A stretch of DNA of 64,000 nt from Bdellovibrio sp. (GTDB lineage Bacteria; Bdellovibrionota; Bdellovibrionia; Bdellovibrionales; Bdellovibrionaceae), in the NCBI GenBank assembly GCA_036676395.1, contig JAKFCY010000002.1:864001-928000 (forward strand), read 5' to 3'. A program made the translations under genes and the position numbers. The notes below the pieces were generated by a model. That model ran no database searches. It saw only the letters and a program-made list of their open reading frames with translations, and was not told where the DNA came from. The first letter of the stretch is position 1, and every line of letters begins with the position of its first letter. Below, piece by piece: positions 28,652-37,892 of the stretch.

Positions 28652-29296
28652 ATGAAATTAAACTACTTCTTACGCTTTATTATGTTTGTTTTTATTGGTG
28701 CTGCCTTAAATGCGTGCGCACCTAAAAAATCAGAAGACTGTGGTTTTGTTCAGAATGTTTATGGCCAAAGAATTTCATGGAAATCATCTTCACCAATTCA
28801 ATTATATGTTAGCCAAAATGTTCCGGCGTCTTTAAGACCTGCGATTCACCGTGCTGCGGCAAGCTGGGAGCAAACGTTAGGGCGCAAAGTTTTTGAAGTG
28901 ATTGAAGAAAATTCTTCACAAACTTCGACGCCAGGTCGAGATAAGAAAAATGGTATTTACTTTTTATCGCAATGGGAGTCAGATAGAAAGTCTGAGCAAG
29001 GTCGCACGTCAGTCTACTGGGCTGGAGATGAGATTCAAGAAGCTGATATCCGTATCAATTCTGCAGATTTTAACTATTACGATCAGAACCCTCAACAACT
29101 TGTAAGAACAGCTAGCAATAAAACCTCGGCAGGGTATAACTTCGAGGCGCTGGTTCTGCACGAGTTAGGTCACTTTTTGGGTCTGAAACATCGCGAAAGC
29201 ATGGGCACGGTAATGGCAAAAGAACTTGGCGCCTACTCAGACAGAATCAAATTGGCCTCGGTCGATGCTGAATCTGTACAATGTGAATATAAATAA
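28652..29296 (+). CDS. Matrixin (M10) family zinc metalloprotease, probable lipoprotein
   Basis: HELGHFLGLKH metzincin motif, TVM Met-turn, EADIRIN, LNA-C; exact start uncertain (28640 or 28652). Confidence 0.85.
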   Translation: MKLNYFLRFIMFVFIGAALNACAPKKSEDCGFVQNVYGQRISWKSSSPIQLYVSQNVPASLRPAIHRAAASWEQTLGRKVFEVIEENSSQTSTPGRDKKNGIYFLSQWESDRKSEQGRTSVYWAGDEIQEADIRINSADFNYYDQNPQQLVRTASNKTSAGYNFEALVLHELGHFLGLKHRESMGTVMAKELGAYSDRIKLASVDAESVQCEYK

Positions 29297-29333
29297 TTGA
29301 AGTAAGAAAAAAAGAGAAGAAGAGAGAATAGAT

Positions 29334-29552
29334 ATGAAAAATTTAAATCAAACACAAGAATCAAAAGCACAAATCACTGAACCAACAGTGTTACCTGATT
29401 TAAATATGTCTGTTTACAATGAATTACATGATCAAACTCAAAGTTCGGTAAATGTATTAGCGATGATTAACGAGCAATTTAAGCAAATCCATGAAATGGG
29501 TAAACGTCGTTCGTTATTGTTAAAAGAAGTTTCAGGATATTTAGTTAAATAA
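29334..29552 (+). CDS. Small hypothetical protein
   Basis: 72-aa ORF with a purine-rich leader, followed by a terminator. Confidence 0.65.
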   Translation: MKNLNQTQESKAQITEPTVLPDLNMSVYNELHDQTQSSVNVLAMINEQFKQIHEMGKRRSLLLKEVSGYLVK

Positions 29553-29573
29553 TTTCTTAAATTTAGTTTAGGC

Positions 29574-29606
29574 AAAAAAAAGAGAGCTTGTAGCTCTCTT
29601 TTTTTT
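29574..29606. terminator. Bidirectional intrinsic terminator
   Basis: A8-GAGAGC-TTGTA-GCTCTC-T run between convergent genes. Confidence 0.85.
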
Positions 29607-30318
29607 AGCTTTCTTCGTCAAAGCGAAGAGATTCTAATTTCGGAATAAAGAATCTGACGTAATCGCCTTGGCGTTCGCGGGTCATACCTTCTGAAGCCAC
29701 TGGGCGTTCGAATTTAAATTCTTCGTGAAATGTTTGAAAGTTATTCGTGCTGGTTTTTTTTATGCCCTCATCGACTGAATCCTGAAATTTTCTTTTTCCA
29801 GAAATAGTCGCGCGGTTATTAGCTACAGACATTCTCAAATTATCTTTTTCATGCTCTGGTGCATAGGCTTCAATAACATACCCATCGTTCATTTCAGAAA
29901 CGCGGCTACCGCGATCTTGCACTTTGTAGAATTGATCGGTTTCTTTAGTTACGTAATTTTGCACCATCGGTGCTGGCTTTTCAGTAGAGATTGAGCGGGC
30001 GCTGGCTACTGAAGCTTGATTGCCTTGGTTGTTATTACTTTTTTGTTGAACATCTTTACGGCTGTAAGTAGCCGCTTTTATTTCCTGACGTTCAGCTTTG
30101 AGAGCTTCATTGTTTTCGTTAGCATCGTTTTTGATATGATTGATCGCCGCTGCAGAGTCTTGATCAATTTCTTTGCTTAACTCAATGTACTTAGCTTTAA
30201 GATTTTTCAAATCATCGCGCTGAGCTTCGGCGAGTTGTTTTTTACGTTCAGTTTTTTCTTGCTGAACTTGCTGTATGTTGTCTTGCGATTGTCTTCGAAT
30301 TTGTATTGAATCTGCCAT
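29605..30318 (-). CDS. Protein with N-terminal coiled coil and C-terminal Hsp20/alpha-crystallin-like domain
   Basis: DGYVIEAYAP...LRMSV.NNRATISGKR...TFHEEF...V...G...RFFIPK. Confidence 0.65.
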   Translation of the reverse strand: MADSIQIRRQSQDNIQQVQQEKTERKKQLAEAQRDDLKNLKAKYIELSKEIDQDSAAAINHIKNDANENNEALKAERQEIKAATYSRKDVQQKSNNNQGNQASVASARSISTEKPAPMVQNYVTKETDQFYKVQDRGSRVSEMNDGYVIEAYAPEHEKDNLRMSVANNRATISGKRKFQDSVDEGIKKTSTNNFQTFHEEFKFERPVASEGMTRERQGDYVRFFIPKLESLRFDEES

Positions 30319-30371
30319 AGATAAAGCATAGCAAAACTTGTCTCAAAATAAGACGGGCAGAAAGTCTAGAT

Positions 30372-30656
30372 TTAGGGAGCTGTAGGCGTCGTGGCAGCTT
30401 GTGCGGGTTCGCGCTTTTCAGGTTGCACACAGTGTGATTTAAAGTCACTTGTGCGGCCTTTACAGCGCCAAGTCTGCGTGTAGCTGATGGTTTCGTCTGG
30501 CTTTAAGGTAAAAAAAGTAAGGTACTGTTCCGGGTCTAAGGTCGAATCAAACTGTCTGTTTTCGCCGGTTTTTGTATTGGTGATCATCAGTGTGAATACG
30601 CGGTATTCAGCAAAGGTGTTTAGACTCAGTAAAAAAACAAAAAGGAAAGCTTTCAC
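30372..30656 (-). CDS. Small secreted hypothetical protein
   Basis: Signal peptide (TFA-E), two Cys; sigma28-like promoter at 30664-30690. Confidence 0.7.
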   Translation of the reverse strand: MKAFLFVFLLSLNTFAEYRVFTLMITNTKTGENRQFDSTLDPEQYLTFFTLKPDETISYTQTWRCKGRTSDFKSHCVQPEKREPAQAATTPTAP

Positions 30657-30671
30657 TTTCCTTTTATCGGT

Positions 30672-31481
30672 TTACTTTTTAGCTGTCTTGATTTTTTGAT
30701 CCATGGCTTGACGTAATTCTTTTACTTTAGAGCCAATGATACGGTGATTTTTATCAGCGATACTAGAATTTACTAGCACAAAGTCGATATATGGTAAGAG
30801 GGTTTTTACGTTTTCAGCAGATGTGCCCGAAGCTACGCCCAGGGGATGTTTGCCAATAACTGATCTTGCAGCTTTTGCACGTGTTGGATCAGTGGCTACG
30901 CCGGTTTTTGGACCTGTGATCACGATACCATCAACCCAACCCATAGCTTGAATGGCAGAGCGCTCGACAGTTTTAGTGGGGTCAACCGGAGTAGAGTATT
31001 TCATGTGAATCCCACTTACGTAAAATACGTCAGCTGGTTTTAGGGCATCAATAGCATGCAAACTTGTTTCAGGCGCTTCTTTAATTAAATCTACGGCAGA
31101 AAAATCTGTCCAGGCGATTTGTAAATTATGTTTTTTGGCTAATTCAAAAGTCTCTTTGTAGGTCATTAATTTTTCATCAGGGCCTAGTAAATTTACACCA
31201 AAAGTTTTAGTTGGGTATTTTGCCTTGATAGCCCCTAAAGCTTCATCTAATTTTTTGTAATCGCCGGTTTCCCAAACGATGGCATCGGCGCCATTGTTGA
31301 AAGCTTCTTCGCAGTCTTTAAGGTAATCTTCAAGATTGCTGTTTACGTAGCCAACAATCCACATTTGTTTTTTTGTGCCGAACTTTTGCGTGAAAAAATC
31401 ACGACGGGTTTGGTAGTCAGAAGCTTGCATAGGTTGTGAGTATAGAACTAAAGCTGCTAAAAAATAAATAAATACTTTCAT
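30672..31481 (-). CDS. BtpA/SgcQ-like TIM-barrel protein with apparent signal peptide
   Basis: GADAI, FGVNLL, IHMKY, DGIVITG.KTG, ASGTS.ENV...DFVLV.SS. Confidence 0.65.
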   Translation of the reverse strand: MKVFIYFLAALVLYSQPMQASDYQTRRDFFTQKFGTKKQMWIVGYVNSNLEDYLKDCEEAFNNGADAIVWETGDYKKLDEALGAIKAKYPTKTFGVNLLGPDEKLMTYKETFELAKKHNLQIAWTDFSAVDLIKEAPETSLHAIDALKPADVFYVSGIHMKYSTPVDPTKTVERSAIQAMGWVDGIVITGPKTGVATDPTRAKAARSVIGKHPLGVASGTSAENVKTLLPYIDFVLVNSSIADKNHRIIGSKVKELRQAMDQKIKTAKK

Positions 31482-31511
31482 GAGATACCTTTCAAAATTT
31501 TTAATTAAAAA

Positions 31512-31880
31512 TTAGTGCGATGAATGATTTTTATTCGAACGCATATTGTTTTCGATAATATAGAAATAAGCTCTGATCAGGCGCTCTTGATCTTCAACTG
31601 ACAAACTTTTTACGTAACTTTGTTTGGCGGTTAACGTTTTGAATTGAAGAAGTTTTAACAAGTCATCCTGAATTTTTTTAAGATTTTCGACTTGAAAAAA
31701 ATCATCTTCAGTAAAGGCTTTTTGGAACACTTCGGCGATGTGGCGGTTGTCAAAAAGCAAATGAACGCCCATTTGGGATTGATCTAAAATTCCTTTTAGA
31801 TTCTTAAGCTGATCGTCATTTAAATAAACTTCTACTTTAGACAAACGAGGGTGTTCCTTCTTAATTAAAAGCCTACTCAC
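31512..31880 (-). CDS. Hypothetical protein
   Basis: 122-aa ORF with normal composition; possible sigma54 site at 31956-31971. Confidence 0.7.
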   Translation of the reverse strand: MSRLLIKKEHPRLSKVEVYLNDDQLKNLKGILDQSQMGVHLLFDNRHIAEVFQKAFTEDDFFQVENLKKIQDDLLKLLQFKTLTAKQSYVKSLSVEDQERLIRAYFYIIENNMRSNKNHSSH

Positions 31881-31987
31881 TGGATGGGGAGTTTCAATCA
31901 GAATCGATTGACTTTATTAGTCATTCGAATTCTGCTTAGTTGTCGTAGAGTTCAGTGCTATATTTTTGCCATAAAAAGGGATAACAC

Positions 31988-32968
31988 ATGAGTAAAGTTG
32001 CCAGTAAATTGAACAATAAGTTAAATAAAAAAATTGGCTCTGGCTCGCGTACTAAAAGTAAGCAGATAAAAATTAAAGTCAAAGCGGGCGCACAAAAAAA
32101 GAAATCTGCAAAAAAAGTGAAAGCCCAAGCCCATAAAGCTTCGAAAAAAATTCAAGATAAAGAGCTTATTGTTATCGATGAAACACAAGGTCTTATTTTT
32201 GAAAATGACAAAACCCTTTTTGGTTATTTTTCTGAACAAATCAAAGCGATGGAAGAGCGTTACGCAAAACACTATGCGCCTTCGCGTGATTTTACTGAAT
32301 CAGAGATCGATGCTAAAGAAAATTACCTTGAATCAACTTTAGATGATCCAGATGAAATCTGGATCGATGCTGAAACTTTTCCGGATGTTCCGTTATATGC
32401 ATTAATTAAAACAGTTGATGATCCAACCGAACCTTTTATTTATGTTGCCGTCGTGTATTTAAACACCGAAGACAAATATCCTAGTTTTGTATTTATCCAC
32501 TTTGCCACAAAAGACACTCAGTTAGCTGAAATGTTCCGAACCAAAGAAATCATCTATCACAGAAAACTTGAAGCCATTCAATTTGCTTCGATTGAAGGAG
32601 ATTCTCTTTTAGAAGGCGATCACTTAGCCATCGGGCTTTTAGAATCGATGATGATTTTGCGCAATGAAAAAGATGTGCCGCCTGATCAATTTCAGGCTTT
32701 TGCTGAACAGCGCGATGAGACGATTAATAGCCCCGATGAAATTTGGCGTAAAGTCGATTCTGAAGGCCACACCTTAGTGACATTTATTCGTGATATCTCT
32801 GATTTTAAAGCCGACCATTTTTATATCGTGGTGACAGAAGAAGATCCCAATACCGAAGTGCACTCATTATTATTTTCGTTTCCGACAAATGATTCAACAT
32901 TAGTTGATCGTTATCGTCAGGGCGAAAATTTAGAAGCTGAAGAAGTATCTCAGGAAAGTTCTCACTAA
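31988..32968 (+). CDS. Protein with Lys-rich N-terminal tail and two tandem PDEIW (BECR/PBECR2-like) domains
   Basis: Internal duplication STLDDPDEIW...FATKDTQLAEMFR and ETINSPDEIW...FPTNDSTLVDRYR. Confidence 0.6.
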   Translation: MSKVASKLNNKLNKKIGSGSRTKSKQIKIKVKAGAQKKKSAKKVKAQAHKASKKIQDKELIVIDETQGLIFENDKTLFGYFSEQIKAMEERYAKHYAPSRDFTESEIDAKENYLESTLDDPDEIWIDAETFPDVPLYALIKTVDDPTEPFIYVAVVYLNTEDKYPSFVFIHFATKDTQLAEMFRTKEIIYHRKLEAIQFASIEGDSLLEGDHLAIGLLESMMILRNEKDVPPDQFQAFAEQRDETINSPDEIWRKVDSEGHTLVTFIRDISDFKADHFYIVVTEEDPNTEVHSLLFSFPTNDSTLVDRYRQGENLEAEEVSQESSH

Positions 32969-33047
32969 AAGGGGGAAAACCCAACTGCGGGGGGACACAG
33001 TTGGGCTTTGGGGGATTACTTTATTTTTCGTGAGCTATTAAGGACTC

Positions 33048-33737
33048 TTAGAAGCAAGTCGCTTGGTAGTAGCTTGTGTAGTTTGCTGATGTCCAACCAG
33101 TCACATCAGTTGTAGCTAATGGGTGTAAGTCTCTTAAAATTTGTGCTCTGGCAGAACCATCTGAGTTGTAAGCGTAATCTGCTGCAACACCTAAGAATTG
33201 TGGAATTAAAATATTTTGTTGAGCCACGATGCTTCCAGTTGAGCTGTACACTACAGCTTTTAATACTTGGTATTCACCAGCGGCGTCGTTCAGATCGATG
33301 TAATAACCTTGTGAAGTGGTTACTGTGCTTGCAGTAATAGATGATGCTGCAGCTTGATCAACAGTACCTGATGATAATACATAGCGAGTTGAGTTTAATT
33401 GTGTTGGCTCTAAGAAAGCTTGTGAGCCTGTAACTTTCCATTTAAAGAAACGAATGGTGTTACCAGCAGCAGTTGCTGCTGCTGATAAACGATTAAATTT
33501 AATTTTTACTAAGCTGTTATTAATTGTGCCTGATGAGTTTTTAACTGCAGAGATATTAACTGACATATCGGCGCCAACTGATTTTTGGCATGAAGTTACA
33601 ACTTTAGTTCCAGCATTTGTAACAGTAGATGATTGTACTGTTGTTGTTGTTGCTGATTGTGAAGACTTTGATGTTCCACAAGAGCTTAATGTTAAAAGTG
33701 CTGTTGCTGTTAAGAAGAGTGTAGTTGTTAATTTCAT
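33048..33737 (-). CDS. Ser/Thr-rich hypothetical lipoprotein
   Basis: LSS-C lipobox; GGGGGA RBS. Confidence 0.75.
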   Translation of the reverse strand: MKLTTTLFLTATALLTLSSCGTSKSSQSATTTTVQSSTVTNAGTKVVTSCQKSVGADMSVNISAVKNSSGTINNSLVKIKFNRLSAAATAAGNTIRFFKWKVTGSQAFLEPTQLNSTRYVLSSGTVDQAAASSITASTVTTSQGYYIDLNDAAGEYQVLKAVVYSSTGSIVAQQNILIPQFLGVAADYAYNSDGSARAQILRDLHPLATTDVTGWTSANYTSYYQATCF

Positions 33738-33779
33738 ATATCCCCCGATATGTGTTTGTTAGTTGTTACAATGGTATAA

Positions 33780-33795
33780 AGCAACAGACGGGCCA
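33780..33795 (-). promoter_or_regulatory. sigma54-like promoter
   Basis: Minus strand TGGCCCGTCTGTTGCT = GG-N10-GC; palindromes at 33798-33810 and 33849-33867 upstream. Confidence 0.7.
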
Positions 33796-33937
33796 TATCT
33801 CATTCTGAGAGTGTTATTTTAAATAGTATAATTTTGATCTAAAAACGAAATTCTCACTCTGAGAATTGAAGTTTGAGTCGTATTGAAACACACGGTGATT
33901 TGCGGCACTAGCTGTCGACGATATTTACAACGGTGAT

Positions 33938-36262
33938 CTACAGCCCGAGCTCAACCCAAGTGATGCCATCGCCACCAGAGTCTTGGTTTCCGGCTTTCCA
34001 TTTTTTCACATACACCGAACGTGAAAGATAAGTGCGAATCGCTTTTTTAAGTGACTCTGTGCCGTGGCCATGAACGACTTTAAGACGATCTTCTTTTTGT
34101 ACCGAAGCTTTGTCTAAAGCGAATTCTAGTTCTGAAAGTGCTGTTTCTACAGTTTTACCGCGCAGGTCAACCACGCGGTCTTCATCGTGAAATGAAACCT
34201 GTGTGCTAGAACGTTGCACGAGTTGGTTTGTCGGATTTGCAAACTTGTGCGCCGGTTTTAGATCTTGCCAGTGCAATTGCAATCTGATCGATTGCGATAA
34301 AATCATCACTTCACCTTTTGAGTTCGGAAGTGATTGCACGATACCATCTTGATTTAATGAAGAAACAAATACTTTACTGCCTGGCGGAAATTTTTTTCCG
34401 AACTCTGCAGCAGTTTGTATGCTTTGTGTTGTAATGGTTTGATTGCCTTTTACGATTTCAGGCAAGTTGTATTTAATATCTTGCAGTTCGCGATGTTTAT
34501 TTAAAAGGGCTGCAGCTTTGGCTGTCGTGATAGCATCTTCGACTTTAGCAGAAGCTTTTTTTAAAGTTTTTTCTAATTCGTTTTCTTTTTGACGTTCAAA
34601 CTGTTGAATTTGTGATTCAAGTGATAGGCGTTTTTTCTCAACGTCTTTAAGTTCTTTTTTTAATTTATCCTGAAGATTGCCGATGTCTCTTTTTAAATTT
34701 TCAATTTCTTCAAGCTGCGATAATTTTTTTTGCGCCAGTGGCGATAAATTATCCGTAGCTTTAGCAATAATAGCTGGGTCAACACCAACACGTTTTGCAG
34801 TGAGTAACGCTAACGAATCACCCGGAATTCCAGGCAAGAAATGATACGTAGGTTTTCCGCTGCGTGAATCGTATTCTAAGCTTCCGTTAATAACGACATC
34901 TTCTGGTTTCCAGCCAGTTTTAAGCGGGCTTAAATGCGAAGTGATAATCGCAAAAACGCCATTGTCTGCGTAAGCTTCAATGAATGAACGTGCTAAGGCG
35001 CTGCCTTCTTCAGGGTCAGTAGAGCCGCAGATCTCATCGACTAAAATTAAATTTTCTGTGCCTTTAAGTTTCAGGGCTTGGTCTAAAGTTTTTAAGTGAG
35101 CTGCAAAAGTACTAAGATCTTCATCCACACTTTGCGAATCGCCAATGCCCGTACAAATATCTTTAAAGAAAGGTAAACTTGAGGCGCGATCAGCACAGAT
35201 CGGTAACCCACAACGAGCCATTTGGGCGGCTAAGCCGATGGATTTAAGCAGAACAGTCTTACCGCCGGCATTCGGGCCAGATAACATCAAAATTGATTTT
35301 TCAGGAGTCAGAGTTACGCTGTTGGCAATAACTGGTCTGCCGGTCATTTTTAAAAGCGGGTGAAACAGATCGCGCAGATCAACTTTGTCATTACTGAATT
35401 TACAAGGTCTTGCGCCTAGCTGAATTGTTAATTGAGCTTTGGCTAGTAAGACATCAGCTAATAACATTTCTTTTTCAGTTTTTTCAAAGCCGACTTTTTG
35501 TGTAGCTAAATAATTTGAAATCTCGACTAATAATCTTTCGATTTCTTCATCAATTTCAACTTCAACATGACGAAGACGGTTATTGATCGGAATAATCGCT
35601 TCAGGTTCGATGTAAACAGTTTGTTTGGACTGCGATGAAGCATGAATCACGCCCGGAACAAAGTGCTGCATGCCACCTTTAACCGGAATAACCCAACGGC
35701 CTTCACGGGTCGTAACAAATCGTTCTTGCAACATGTGTTCGATATCGTGATCTTTAACCAAACGATCCATTTGGTTTTGAATCTGGCGGCTTAGAGAATC
35801 TTTTTCTTTAGATAAGCTGTATAATTTTTCAGAAGCATCCATGCGGATATCGCATGAGGGTGTGATCAAATTATCAATCGCAGACAATGGTTCTTCAGCG
35901 TTCATTAATTTTTCGTGAAGATCTAAAGCCCAAGCTGTCGATTGTTCTTTTAAAGCTTCTTTAAGAGCAATCACTTCTAGGCAAAAATGTCTGACGTCTT
36001 TTAATTCTAAAGGTTTTAAGACGGCACTTTTGCGAACACGGGTAATCCATGTGGCAAAAAGGTCTAAACTTTCCATATGTGGTCTTATGCCACCGGCTAA
36101 AATGCCTAAAGCACTTTCGATTTCGTAGAAACTTTTTTCAGCAGCTTCGGAAGACACTAAAGGCTGAATGCCTTCGACAATAGTTTTGCCTTGGTCAGAC
36201 GTCGCGTAGGCTGCGGTCTTTTCTAAAATTTCAGACCAATCAAGATTTTTTATTGCGAGCAC
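33938..36262 (-). CDS. mutS2: Endonuclease MutS2
   Basis: SGPNAGGKT P-loop, IGDSQS..LSTF, DEICGSTDP.EG, C-terminal Smr (DLRG...VHGHG); GTG start at 36262 after a G-rich RBS. Confidence 0.93.
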   Translation of the reverse strand: MLAIKNLDWSEILEKTAAYATSDQGKTIVEGIQPLVSSEAAEKSFYEIESALGILAGGIRPHMESLDLFATWITRVRKSAVLKPLELKDVRHFCLEVIALKEALKEQSTAWALDLHEKLMNAEEPLSAIDNLITPSCDIRMDASEKLYSLSKEKDSLSRQIQNQMDRLVKDHDIEHMLQERFVTTREGRWVIPVKGGMQHFVPGVIHASSQSKQTVYIEPEAIIPINNRLRHVEVEIDEEIERLLVEISNYLATQKVGFEKTEKEMLLADVLLAKAQLTIQLGARPCKFSNDKVDLRDLFHPLLKMTGRPVIANSVTLTPEKSILMLSGPNAGGKTVLLKSIGLAAQMARCGLPICADRASSLPFFKDICTGIGDSQSVDEDLSTFAAHLKTLDQALKLKGTENLILVDEICGSTDPEEGSALARSFIEAYADNGVFAIITSHLSPLKTGWKPEDVVINGSLEYDSRSGKPTYHFLPGIPGDSLALLTAKRVGVDPAIIAKATDNLSPLAQKKLSQLEEIENLKRDIGNLQDKLKKELKDVEKKRLSLESQIQQFERQKENELEKTLKKASAKVEDAITTAKAAALLNKHRELQDIKYNLPEIVKGNQTITTQSIQTAAEFGKKFPPGSKVFVSSLNQDGIVQSLPNSKGEVMILSQSIRLQLHWQDLKPAHKFANPTNQLVQRSSTQVSFHDEDRVVDLRGKTVETALSELEFALDKASVQKEDRLKVVHGHGTESLKKAIRTYLSRSVYVKKWKAGNQDSGGDGITWVELGL

Positions 36263-37874
36263 GATGCCCCCTCTCAAGAATTGAAAGCAAAATCAGAACC
36301 CATAATGCCCAATCCCAATATCCATATTTGCTGTAGAAAGTTAATTTCGGATTTTTAGTGTACGGCACAGTGTAAGTGTGCGCCCATTTTTTATAAACTG
36401 GAGACTGTTCTAAAATTTCTCCGTTGGCTAAAATAATGGTGCTAATGCCGGTATTTGTTGATCTGATCAGAGGCCGGCGATTTTCTAAACCGCGCGCTAA
36501 AGTCATGATCATGTGCTGGTAAGGTTCAGCCCAATCGCCAAACCATGAGTCGTTTGTTAAATTAAAAAATATTTCTGCACCGATTTTTGATAAGCCGCGC
36601 GAGAATCCTGGGTTTAAAGATTCATAACAAATTTGCGGACCCAAAGTTAATTCTTGGTTTGCCAGTGGGATGGCTTTTTGCACTGGGCCTGGTCCGCGTT
36701 CGTAAACTCCGACAAACGGAAAAAGTTTATATAAAAACGGAGCCTCTTGGCCAAATGGCATGTACTCGCCAAAAACTAACAGATCAGTTTTGTAGTAAGG
36801 TGCTGCCACTTCACCATCGGGGTTTATGAAAAACACTGAATTGCGAATGATCAGATTTCCCATATGGTCGCGTTTGTAAGTGTCTTGTGAATAGGCGCCA
36901 GTGACTAATGTTTTTTGCCAGGTTTTTACTTTTGCTAAAATACTCTGTTGGCTGGGTTTGTAGTGATAAACTTTGTCTAAGGCCACAGGTAAAGCGGTTT
37001 CTGGCCAGATGATCAAATCGGTTTCGTTATTCACGCGCGCTAGTTCTTGTTCAGTGGCATCGAAGTATGAATTAAAAACAAACGGTTGGTAGTCATAACC
37101 TTTTTCAGCCTGCAGTTTTTCTTCGTTAGAAATATTGGCCTGAACGATGGTAACTTTAACGTGGCTATCGGTTTTGCTGAACTCTTGTTTTTTGTTTTGG
37201 CCAATGAGAGCAAGACCGATCACGCAAGTAAAAGTCGCAGCAAGAACTGATAGCGCTTTTACCTTGTGGGTTTTAAACGTCATTGCGGCATATAGAAGCA
37301 TCGCCTGAAAAATAAAAATCAATGCTGAGATTCCCCAAAAGCCGATAGTGTCAGCCCATTGTGCTAGGGGGGATTTGATCCATAAAAGGGTGTAACCTAA
37401 ATTCCATTCGAAAATGCTCGGCCAAGTGCGCTCTAGCAGAATATGAACTAAGGCGATCGTAAAAATAAAAGCTGTCGTTTGTAGATTGAATTTTCGTTTA
37501 AGGTAAGTGGCGGCAACTAACGAAAATGGAATGTAGAGGTGAATAAATGAGGCAAATAGCACCAAGGCAGCAAGACTCAGGGGAGCATTGAGATGCCCAA
37601 ATTCACGTGCGGTAAAGTAGATCCAGTTGAAGCCCAAAAGGGTTAATGTAAATTGCGAAAGCCAGCCTAAAAAGAAAATATATTTATAGTTTTTACTCTG
37701 TGAAGCTGCCAAAACCGCCCACCAAAGTGGGAGGTAGCAAAAGCCAATTGCCCATGGCGGATAGGGAATGTAAGAAGTTCCAATCAGTACGCCGCTAAGC
37801 AAAGCTAAAAAGCTTAAAAAAATAATGCTTGGATTATTATAATTCCTCTTGAAAACTTCGCTGATTTTAGTCAT
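36240..37874 (-). CDS. lnt: Apolipoprotein N-acyltransferase
   Basis: Multi-TM; VQANI, WPETA, KTDLLVFGEY, QICYE, TNDSWF, RSTNTGIS. Confidence 0.93.
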   Translation of the reverse strand: MTKISEVFKRNYNNPSIIFLSFLALLSGVLIGTSYIPYPPWAIGFCYLPLWWAVLAASQSKNYKYIFFLGWLSQFTLTLLGFNWIYFTAREFGHLNAPLSLAALVLFASFIHLYIPFSLVAATYLKRKFNLQTTAFIFTIALVHILLERTWPSIFEWNLGYTLLWIKSPLAQWADTIGFWGISALIFIFQAMLLYAAMTFKTHKVKALSVLAATFTCVIGLALIGQNKKQEFSKTDSHVKVTIVQANISNEEKLQAEKGYDYQPFVFNSYFDATEQELARVNNETDLIIWPETALPVALDKVYHYKPSQQSILAKVKTWQKTLVTGAYSQDTYKRDHMGNLIIRNSVFFINPDGEVAAPYYKTDLLVFGEYMPFGQEAPFLYKLFPFVGVYERGPGPVQKAIPLANQELTLGPQICYESLNPGFSRGLSKIGAEIFFNLTNDSWFGDWAEPYQHMIMTLARGLENRRPLIRSTNTGISTIILANGEILEQSPVYKKWAHTYTVPYTKNPKLTFYSKYGYWDWALWVLILLSILERGHRARNKKS

Positions 37875-37892
37875 CCTTATAACAGGTAGCAT

